Source: Setoptus koraiensis (lineage: Eukaryota; Animalia; Arthropoda). Taken from it: a stretch of DNA of 64,000 nt. Shown one piece after another: positions 15,636 through 26,715 of this stretch. Below the pieces are notes generated by a model. The model saw only the letters and a list, made by a program, of their open reading frames with translations. It made no database searches and was not told the origin of the DNA. Each line of letters starts with the position of its first letter. The stretch's first letter is position 1. The stretch spans positions 19,220,001 to 19,284,000 of the forward strand of contig CM106586.1 in assembly GCA_048013815.1 (NCBI GenBank). The letters run 5' to 3'. Both the position numbers and the translations under genes were made by a program.

Positions 15636-17703
15636 GTCATGTTTCCATCGAGAGGAGCCACGTCAATTGATCAATTTGCGAGCTTGGTATTCGGAGAGGG
15701 GCGAAAAATGGTCTGCAAAGATGCGAGCAACTGATCTGGGCCGGCCAAAGGGCAAAAGTGCGACGGTTAAATCTCGTGCGGCAGTGGCCTGATTTCGTGG
15801 TGCCCCGCGATGATAAACGGCGAGGTGCCGTGTCACTCGAGCAAGCGACTGGAGAGTCCGTTGAGCAACTTGACGACGGAGCCGACAGCGGTTGCTCGTG
15901 GCGCGGCCCATTGTTTGGCCGGCCGGGCTTGGGTCGGGCGACAAGTCGGGCACTCGCGACGAGTCGGGCAAATGTCGCACGGACACTGGCTGTTTTTGCA
16001 AACTAGACTCTGTGTGCGGCTGTCTCGATCTCTCGATCTATTATAGATTATTATTGGCAGCGGCGGCGTCATCATTATGGTTGTCGACGTTTAACTAACA
16101 TCAAGCTAGCCGGTCGGTCGGCCGGCCAGTCAGCGTGATTGAGCGAGCAAGCAAGCGAAAATAACGGTGATGATAGCGCCCAGATAGGTTACGCGCGTGA
16201 CAGATAAGATCTCGTGAGTGTGCCAGCACCTCTGACGGGTCTCGTGTTACTCGTTTTGTTCGGATCTCTCTCAGACGGGTGGGCGCTCGCTGCTGGTCGC
16301 GTCGGGCCGGCCAGACAGCTGAAACGGACACACTGACACTGGCTACTGATCGGCGGGCGGCAGGCCCGATGCGACCACCGCGGGCCAGCCGAGCGGCCGG
16401 ACGGGCTCGTGTGAGCCCGTGTGAGGCGCCCACTGGCTGCAGGGCGCTCATTATGTGGCTTGCATGGGCGCGATCCTGTCGGCACGTCATTTTTCACGTG
16501 TTTCGTGCGCACTTGGTCATTATCTAGTCAGTGGTCTGGCACTCGCTGGCTGCATCTTGCGGTTTGGGGCGCCGCAAACGCGCGCGCACACACTAATAGA
16601 TTTAACCTACATGTTGTCGCTGTTGTTGTCGCCGTCGCGGTTGTTGTTGTCGTTGTTGTTGTTGCTGTTGGTTGGGCAGTTGCTGCTGTCGTTGGCTGGC
16701 TGGCGCTGATGATTGTGGTTGCGTCATCATCATTAAGTTGGCAAAGCAAGCTGATACTGGCGTTCGCGTTACCACTATCAGCGCGCTGAAACCATCAGCT
16801 TAATCGATGTCGCGGTTTTCAAGCAACTATTAAAACGACCGCTGCCGGCCAGCAAGCAAGAAACTGTTACGCAACCATATTACACATATCGCACGCCGAT
16901 ATAGAGCGGCGGCGGCGTCGTCTTGGGCGCCCTCAATTTGTTGTTTGGCCCGCGCGCTCGTCTACCCGACAGCCACTGGCTCTATATCGAGTATCGGCGA
17001 ATATCGGCCTCATATCGGCCCCATATCGGCCGTATATTGGCCATATTATATCTATGTTGCTGGCGGCCGGGCGATACAGCGACGCGCCGACGGATAATCA
17101 CTTGGCTTGCTCGAGCTAACTTATCGAGAAATGATCGCACGAGCGCCACATTATCTCATCTAGATCTACATCTACATCTGTATATAAATAGTAATGTAAA
17201 AAGAAATATCTGTTGTTGCTCGGGCGCACTGCTCGCGTTTCGCCCACATGGGCCCACGGTCGCCGGTACCCGCCGCCGATATCGGCCGATGCTCGCCCAT
17301 GTTCGCCCGAGTTCGGGCAGCAGCGCCAGCACCGACTCGGGCCATATCGTGGCGCAAGCAGAGTTGTGATATATGGAGAGCCGCGATATTCGCAGCGGTG
17401 CGATGTGCGGAGAGGCGCGCAAACTAATAAAGATCATCAATAATAATCTGTGCCTCTGCGTGGGCGCCGGTCACGCTCGTCAGGGGCGCCGTGAGGCCGC
17501 CACCGGCAGTGGCGGCAATCAATTTAAATGAATCTGGCAACTCCGTTTTGCACAACACAACAACCTACAGCAACCTACAGCGACATACAGCAACCGTCGG
17601 GCCACCGTGGCGCCACCACGCAGCCGGGCACCTATCGGAGAAATTGAGCAACTGGCAATTGGAGCAACAACTGGCGGGGCCAACCGATTTCCGCCACGCT
17701 GTT

Positions 17704-17798
17704 CCGAGATTTGAAAACGGGTCCAAGATTCGCAATCAAGCCAAAGAATCGGAATCAAGCCCAAGATTCGGAGTCAATTCCGAGATTCGGAATTGAGT
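17704..17798. repeat. 19-bp degenerate tandem array x5
   Basis: CC(A/G)AGATTCGGAATCAAGC-like units. Confidence 0.7.
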
Positions 17799-19590
17799 GT
17801 CCGAATCAATTCAGCGGCCATTGTGTTGCCATTCGGATTGCTATGCGAAACATGTTTGGGTCTGTGGCAGTTTCGGTCGCGGACACTTGTCGTTAATTGG
17901 GGCACAAAAGAACGCGCAAGTGACGCAAGGGGGCCCCTTTCGGGTGTGCGCGCCGGGTTTGTTTTTTGTCGTTGCGCGGTTTGTTTATTCGGCGATCAAT
18001 CGATTAAACAGACCGTTTTTTGTTTGTGTATTGACTCACCGATGGGCACCTTTGGCGTTGCGCAACACTGTTGCGGTCGCCCAATTCAGTGTGAACCAAA
18101 GGCGTGTCTCCGGCTGGCTGGCCGGCCGATCGGCAGACCGAGCGGCGGGCGGACTGGCTGGCCGGAGATGCCGGCCAAGGTTATCATCATCAAATCAATC
18201 ATTACGTCATCATCATTGCATCATGCACACAACCGCTGTTGTGACACAACAACAACAACAACAACAGCGACGGTAACAACAACTACAGCGGTATCGCTGA
18301 CGGGAACGCCAACCGGCGGTGTCAGTTTGATCCGTTATCCGTTGGTCGGGTGTCTCACGGGTTCAGCTCAAACGCACAATTGATTGTTGGCCGGCCCGTC
18401 ACTCACGATGAAGATCTCACGGCCAGATTGGGGCCGAGATAAGGGCGCCAGCGACGCGCCGATAAAAAATCAGCGGCCGCCCGGCCGGTTGCACATGAGC
18501 GAGATTGGCTCGATCGGCCCGCACCCGGCTAGTCAGGTAATGATATATCATAAACAAAGACTGTTCGCCTCTGTCTGGGCCGCACCGTCGCACACTCAAG
18601 TCGCCGGCTAGCCCGCAGCCCGGCCGGATCCACTGCCCGCTACCCGCTGCAAGCGAATGCGGCCCGAGCTCTGCTATTATATAGTATTATAGTTGTGCAC
18701 GCAGTTGCGCAACGGCCGCCATAACACTATCAACACACGCGGGACACTCAAAGTTAATTGCTTGCGACCGGCCCCGCATTGGCCGCGCCGGCCCATCTAG
18801 CGGGCTGCAGAGGGGCCCCGATCGCAAATGGCTGGCACTTTGGCCCGTGCTGTCGGCCCGAGCTGGCAGTGAGCTGACGGTGATGGATGCGTATTTGATT
18901 GGCGCGAGGGGCGCTGGCCCGGCCATTTATACGCTGGCCACACATCAAGTGTGGGGCGACATCGCTTGACGGCGTCGCTGCAAACACGGCCCGATCGCGC
19001 ACGGAATAAATCACACTCAATCCATCTTTCTGCATTTATCCGCTCCGGGTTGGTGCCGTCGCCGGCCCGATTGGCGTCGAGCTGGTTGTCGCCCCCAAGT
19101 GACAAGTCACAGCAGCTCAAGTGACGTTCGCTGGCTGGCCGACGCGATCACAAGACCCGTGCAATCACAAGACGCGCCAGCGACGGCCACCGTGATTAGA
19201 TGGCCGGCCCAGATAAGACCCGGCGGCGCCCCGCTCGCCGAGACCTATATAATGGACAGCGCTCATTAAGCGGCCTCTCACTGAATCGGTCAGACTGAAT
19301 CGGTCGGGCTGAGCGAGCCGACGGGCCACCTGAGCGGCCAGTCAAATTCAGTGTGATGAGGCCGTTGACGCATCGACAACGAGCTAACAAGTTGATTAAG
19401 AGCTCTCGGTCTAATTAATTAATTATATCATCGATTCAGTCGGCAGCTCACACACAGGCGATCGAGCACAAAGAGGCCCCAGAAGCCATACTTAGAGCCG
19501 CTTATCCGATCGATTTTCGCTCTGCTGGCCCGCCGGCACATTGATCAACGCCAGCCTGCTGGCCGGCCGAGCAGCGCCAGCGGCCGCCCA

Positions 19591-19686
19591 AAAAAGAACG
19601 GGCCCCAAAGAGAGCGGGCCCCAAAGAGAGCGGGCCCCACAGAAAACGGGCCCCGAAGAGAGCGGGCCCAAAGAGAACGGGCCCCA
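19591..19686. repeat. ~16-bp tandem array x6
   Basis: AAAGAGAGCGGGCCCC-like units. Confidence 0.8.
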
Positions 19687-20567
19687 CGAGCAGAAATGCG
19701 GCTCGTCCCACTTGCTGCGCGCGTGTTTGTGCGCGCTGGCGGCGGACGGGCCAGCACGTGCACGGGGAACACGCGCAGATGAATTATATGTATTGGTGTG
19801 TGGATGGGTGGCGGCGATTGTGGCGCTGCCGCCGCCATTCATCATAGAACTATAATTATTAATAAGAGCGAGAGTTAAATTTTTACGCCAATATCGGCAC
19901 TATTAACAGTTAACCGGCGCTCGGGCCGAGCGCCGCTCGCTGTTGCATCCCGACGAGCCCGCCAGCCGACATCCTGACGAGTGGGTGCGAATGTTATGCA
20001 ATCTCTGGCGCGCCGCTCTGATGAGCATGGGGCCACAAATTGATTACTGGCGCCGGCGCCGCCGCCGCTGCCATTCATGCGCGGTACCGCGGCTCGACGG
20101 TGGGCGCTCATTAAATGCGACTCGCAATATCGGGTTTGTAATTGAATTGGTCGCATAGCGTCGGCTCGTGGCGCTCGTGCAAACCAAACTGATCGTTACC
20201 AATATTTGCCATGATATTTGCATGGCTTGCAGTTCGTTAGTAATAGTGATTATTACTTTTTATTATTACGCACGTCGATTGATCACTGTTGGCCGACACT
20301 CATATACCACAATATGACGTCATTAGGACGGTCATACTAGCGTAATGGTTGCGCGCGGCCGGCCCGTCTCCGCGAACACGCCCCTGGGTGACGGTGGGCC
20401 GCCGGGCCGGCCCAGCGCGGTGCTGGTGCCAGAGACTCTCGGACCTCTGCCCGGTCACCCGGACGCTCGCAGCGCCAAGTTCAAATGTTGTTCAAATCAG
20501 TAATATATCCCATAGACATATAACTACCACATTTAAGTACTACATTTATGCCCGAGCACAAGTGCGC

Positions 20568-20680
20568 GTTATATAACACGTTACGTAACGCGTCGTACAA
20601 CATATATAGTTATGTAACGCATACCGTGCGCAAATCTGCCCACGGCTTGGGCTGTAGACAGTTGGGCACAGTTGTGTAAC
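20568..20680. promoter_or_regulatory. Homotypic cluster of PAR-bZIP-type sites (RTTAYGTAAY)
   Basis: GTTATATAAC 20568, GTTACGTAAC 20580, GTTATGTAAC 20609, GTTGTGTAAC 20671. Confidence 0.45.
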
Positions 20681-23463
20681 ATGGTACGGGCCGGGCGCAA
20701 GCGTGTATGCGAGGGCCCGCAGCGCGGTCGTCGGGAAAAGCGACGACGGGCGCGCGGTCAATTCGCCGCTCGGAGTGATTAATGCGCGGCAATCAATTAA
20801 GATTGCGCTAGCGCACACATCACATTCCAAGCATGTTGAAGCTGGCCAAATGAGCAAATGAGCAAATAGGCAAATAGGCGCCCGGCTGAGCCACCCATCC
20901 GGTCGGGCGCGGCTCGGCTCGGGTGTCGGATGGCGCACTGCTGGCCTGGCCGGTCGGGTGCCGGGACGAGGGGATTCGGCGGGGCGGGTACGTTCGTGGG
21001 CGCCGCCAGCGGCGGCGGCCAGCGCAACGGTCAACCGTGCAGCAAGTGTCGCTAATAGACTGACTTTTTTCCTCTCTCGCTGTCCAATCCGGTTTAGTTT
21101 TGCGCCAGCATCCTGTCGTCGCTGCTGTTGTCGTCGCTGTCGGTGTTGTCGCCGCTAGTTTGGCCGTTGCGGTTGCTGTCGCGGTTGTTGTTGTTGTCAT
21201 GATTGTCATTGGCACTGGCCCATTTGTGTGTGTGTTCTAATTCCAGCGCTACTTGACATTAATATTAGTTGCGCAATGGTGTTAGCAGTGGGCTTACAAC
21301 ACTGTTACGCAACACACACACACACACACACCGGTAGTGTTGTAATACTGTGTATAACACTGGGGTGCACGGCAGTGCACAGTGGCATAAAAGCGCGTAT
21401 ATACATGACGGTGACGATGACGCAACTGACACGAGTGACTAATGCGGTAATGCGGTTGTTTTCGACCGCAGCCGCAACCGGGCCGCACAACCGGCCGCCA
21501 GACTGCGCTCACCGGGCGACCGGAGCGACCGGAGATGGGCGAATATGCGAATATCCGAGCATGCGAATGTCACGAGTGCGCGGGTATCACAACGGCGCGC
21601 GGGTATCACAACGGCGCGCGGGTATCGGAAGCATGCGAATATCCGAGTGAGAGCCCATGACACGGGCGGGACGGGCCGGCCGAACAACAATTGGGACAAG
21701 TGGCACAACAGCGGGCGACAAGTGAGATTAACTGCTATTAACTGACTGCGCGACATGGATTATCCCGACACTGTGTCCTACTGTGTGTACAAGTGACTCG
21801 TTTGACAGTCCCGAGTCGACCGGCCCCAAGTGACTGCCAACACCGACCAATGGTAATAATATTAATATTAATAATAACGGATAAGGATTCGGTCGGGCAC
21901 ATTAATTTGTTTTACGCCCGGCGCGGGCCGGCCAGATATTGCACTTGTGTGGCTGGCATTATTGCCTAGTATTGCCAGACGACAAATGTGGGCCCACAAA
22001 ACAAATTCTGCTGTCTGCATGATTTACTGGACCGGGCGCTACATTCATCTTGTCATCGTCATGTTGTTGTCCGACACACACACACACACACGACAAACTG
22101 TTACGTAGCGGCGTGTTGCGTAACAGTGCACAGCAGTCAGGTATATCTTTCATGTTTCGCCTCTGTTCCATTATAAATTGTTGGCAGCTCGTGTTTTGGC
22201 ACGAGCTGCGCCAGCGTTTCATCGTTGCGTCTCGTTTCATTTGGCGCCTTGTGTGGCTCGGTGCCGTTTGGCCGCATTCACCACTTATTATTTCAATTGT
22301 CGCTCACAATATTGACTCTCTCGGCCAAACAATTTATAATGGCCACACGGCAACATGTTTGCCGGCCCCAGTTGTGTGTGTCGACGGTGCAATATGGCTG
22401 CTCGTCGCGTTGCCGGCGCCTCGTTCACGCGGACGCGCAACGTAGGTGCCGACTATATTAAAAAAGTTGCGCGCCCATTGAAAACCCAACACGTACGCCG
22501 ATATGTACGCATCTCGGCGTCGGCCATTTCATATAGAGGCGCCATATTTATATATAACGTTATATAGAGAGGCGGACAAACCGCAAGCGAGCCAATATCT
22601 CATTCGGGCGCATCCCGTCAACAGGCGCGCCGCTCGGCCGGCCGGCAACGGGCGACCGACGGCGCAAGGTAGCGGCAATTTTTTATCTCTGTCTATGACG
22701 ACAGAGCGGTATTGCGTCATTGCGTCATTGTGTTGTTTATCAACTGCCAGCTACCAGTGGCGGCGGCTGCTGCTGCTGCGAGCTGCAATTAGATGCTGCC
22801 TATTGCGCAATTGTGGGGCGCCTTGTTCGGTTGTTGCCGTTGTTGTTGTTGTTTGGGCCGCCTATCTGAAAGCCGCAATCTAACGGCACAATGATTGTGT
22901 GCTGTCAGCACACAATTTCTCGCCGGCGCCCCCCGAATTCTCACACTGGCCCAGCCAGACACTGCCAACGGCTCGTCAAGTCACAAGTGAGCATCGTCGC
23001 CGCTCGTGCGCTTCTTATCTCTTCCGTTCAGCTGTTGGCGAGAGAGAGAGAGAGAGAGCAAACGCGCCAATTGAGTTGTTGTTTGGCCCCCGCTAACTCA
23101 CGGCCCGCTCCGTCTGAGCCGGATCGCGCCTGCCGGGCCCCACTCTGCCTAATGTGCGCTGTGAGAGCGCACAGTGGGCGCGGGCAGGTTGCGGGCACCC
23201 CTTAATCAAATCAACGATAACTTAATAGACGCACGGGTCTATTTATGACTGGCACAGTGGCATTTATAACTGTCACATCAACTAGATACAGTCTGCATAA
23301 TATTAGCCGACCGGTCCAATATTATAGGTCCGATAGCAATTTGTTTGGCGCTGGTCGCCGGTTCGCTTGCTGGTCGCCGGTTCGCTTGCGACCGGCAGCC
23401 GGTTTGTTAGTCTCGTTTCTCGGGGCGGGTATTTCGGCGGGCGCGTTGCAGCGATAAGAGGGC

Positions 23464-23533
23464 CCGACATTGTCCGACATTGCCCGAGTCTGCCCGACAT
23501 TGCCCGAGTTCGCCCGAGATTGCCGCAGATCGC
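23464..23533. repeat. 10-bp tandem array x7
   Basis: CCGA(CATT/GTCT/GTTC/GATT)GC units. Confidence 0.8.
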
Positions 23534-24393
23534 CGGTGACAGAGCTCGCGCTGGCTCTGCCACTGGCAAGCACGGGCGATCGCGGGCGAGGGGCGCACCG
23601 AAAGTGATGATTACATCACTGTGTGACACACTGTGATTTATTTGCAGCCGGCCACACAAATAAATATATTTATAGCCGCCAGAGATTATTGCTATTCGAG
23701 TCACGTATCTGCCGGCTGGAGGGGGGGGGGGCGCCGCCAATTGCTACCAATTGCAGGGGCGCCAAACTGCACGCCAGTCAAGTGTCGATTGACACTCGAG
23801 ACACCAACCGGTCAGCGGGGCCCGCAACTGGCCCACTGTCAGTGGCATTCGCATTCAATTTAATTAATTTGACATGTTGAACAAATTGCCCCGCAACGCC
23901 GACACGCGGCGTCCCATTACAACCCATAGGAGGCTCGTTGTCGGGCCATCGGCCGGCTCGCTGTCGGGCTATCGAGCGGCTCACTGTCGGGCCGTCGGGC
24001 GGCTCGCCCGAGAGGCTCCGCCGACGAGCGAATACAAAGAGCGGGCCGTTTTAAAATAATGAAGCGAGCGAAATCAAGGGTCGTTTGTGGGCCCGGACAC
24101 GTAGCTCGCATCAATTAAGCGGGCCCCAAACAACGGCCGCCGCTCGACGCTAGGTGGGCCCTAAGTCTCGTGCTGCTGGCGCTGCTCGCCACTCAATCCG
24201 TATTAAGTGCCAGATAAGGCCAGACACCGTTCGGTGGGGGGGGGGCGAGGTCTTCGGTGCGCCGGCCAGTTAACAGGTGTCTATCAGCGCGCGCCGCGTC
24301 TTATCTTGACTTTTGTTAAGAGCGGCCCGCACGATACAGGCGGCCCGCGCGACACAAGCGGCCGGACTGGTCTCGAGTCGCGCGACTAGCGCG

Positions 24394-24417
24394 CATTGTT
24401 ATGCTAATGCACATTGT
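24394..24417. promoter_or_regulatory. Sox-POU composite element plus a second Sox site
   Basis: CATTGTTATGCTAAT at 24394-24408 matches the Sox/Oct composite consensus; a further CATTGT at 24412-24417. Confidence 0.5.
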
Positions 24418-26268
24418 AGCCGGTGTGAGTAGCCAATTACTTGGGGATTCGGGCGCGTCACTAGATTGTCGGATTAAATCTCCCCACTGTCGGATATAAG
24501 ATTGATATAAGCTAAGAAGAGCGAGCGAGCTGCCCGAGTTGGCGATAATTCAATTCAATCATCGGCAATCTTGTTGATCAGCGTCGTGCCGGACTCGACT
24601 GGACTCGGCCCGGCCCGGCCGGGCTCTCGGTGCGAGACGCTCTCAAAGATTGGCTCCCCAACGCGGGCGCCCGACGCCGACACCCGGCGCCACACTCGCC
24701 ACAAGGGACTCAATCATCTCAGCTTTATCTATCCGGGGCCCGCAATGCCAATATCACGACAGCGCACGCAAACGCCAAACAGACAAGCGTGGGGCCCGGC
24801 GGCCGGCCAGCGCTCGCCAGTGTGTGATATGGCTGATATGTGACTCATTGCGTGTCACTCAACCGGCTGCGCCATTGGCATTATCCAGCCATCCAGCCAG
24901 CCAGCCAGAGAGTGAGTGAGCCGAGCAAGCTGGCGTATGCCATTTAAACACGACAGCAACGACAACAATATCAATGTAGCGACATCCACACACTGACTGC
25001 CAGCAACAACAACAACGACAACAGCAACAACGACAACGACAACAACTCAACGTCACATCATCATCATCAACATACTGCCGCTGCTACAATGTGTCCGCAA
25101 TGTTGGCTCGTGGTGCGCGCACTACGTACGCGAGTACGTGGCACGTTGCGTAACGCTCGGGATAAACAGTCATGTAATATGTCTATGGTGGCGCGTTACG
25201 TCACTCAATGGACAGCTCGTGCAGAGTGAAACGCGCGTCAGCCACAGCCAATGTCAGCCAGTGTGCCAGTAGTAGTTGAGATGACGCCGATAACAACAAC
25301 AACAGCAGCAGCAGCGGCAACAACAACAACGACAGCCCAGTAAGTGACTGCCGCCGCTGCCACACAACAAGCGGACTAATCCGATCTAGCACTCGTGATA
25401 TCGCAGTCAACAACTGCGACAACCGCCAGCTATCGCAGCCAACGCCAACAACTGCAACAACCGCCGGCACCTAAACTGCAGCGCTGCTGGCGCTCAAACA
25501 CGTGGCATTGTCGCGAACGACTACGCGCCACGACAGAACAAGTCAGTGGAGCCAAGTCGATCAAGCATCGGCCTAGAACAATTGGCCCAATTGAATGGCG
25601 GCCAGCCAGCGAATGAATTTCGCCGCTCGAGTGCGCCAACGGAGCCCCAGCGGCACACAACTTTGGCGCTGGTTGCCGCCAACTTGCACCGCCGGCACCC
25701 GCGAAAACCTACGAAACGAAACGAAACGAAACGGAGCGACACGACACAACTCGACACAACGCGACACGACGCGAACCGAACCGAGTCCAGACGAGACGCC
25801 GGCCAGCGAGAGAGACTTGATTATTTAAGTATACACGTGCAAACGCCAATCACGAGCAGCACTTCCGTTTGTTGTCGCTGGCGAGCGGCAGCTCGACAAA
25901 GTTAACAAGTCCGGTGCGTTGTGTGCCCCTGTCACATAAATTGCCCGCTTCCTACTTACTTTGTTGGTGCGCGGCGGCCCTTAGACGGCTTCTCCACTTA
26001 GACCCCTCGTGACGCCATGGTCTGGGCCGCGTCTGGCCCGTCCATCGAGACGCGTGAGCCCGGCGTGAGCGGCCTGCCCGACGCGTCCGACGCTCTCGAT
26101 GTGTCCAGACGGCCACATCAAGATTTGCTGTCTAGGTGCAGCAAATCTGCTGCTTGAGGCACCAATAATCCGCTACAATTATGCGCCACTCATATTAGCG
26201 ACTAAATCCTGCCTCGTTCGGGTGTGATGATATGCCGGCTATATGCCGGCTATGTGACGGGCGAGTTT

Positions 26269-26272
<4 letters not shown>

Positions 26273-26300
<28 letters not shown>
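26273..26300. repeat. (CT)n microsatellite
   Basis: About 14 CT dinucleotides; a (GA)n tract also lies near 23040-23058. Confidence 0.9.
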
Positions 26301-26301
<1 letters not shown>

Positions 26302-26629
26302 CCCCCTCTCTCTGTTTGGGGCCCGTCGACACTTGTGAGGCTTCATTATAATACGGCCGGCACGTGGTGCTTGCGCGTACCTAGCAGCACTGCCGCTAAC
26401 ATACAGTAGTGGCACGCGAGCAAGTGCATTAATGATTATGCGATTATCATCATTACGTTGTGTTATGATGACAGCCACTAAGTCATCCAAATAAACTGGC
26501 CAAATGGGCCGAGAAACTGGCACCATTATTAGCAATCGTTCAACCTGTGCCCGGCGAGCGGCCAATGTCGCCGCTGCTGCAATGATTATTATATAAGTAG
26601 TGCCACTACTAATACTATCATCTTGGCTA

Positions 26630-26715
26630 GTATCATCATCATTATTATTATTATTATTGTTATTACTATTATTATTATTATTATTATCATTATTATTACT
26701 ATTACTATTATTATT
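26630..26715. repeat. (ATT/ATC/ACT)n triplet tract
   Basis: Run of ATT-dominated triplets. Confidence 0.85.
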
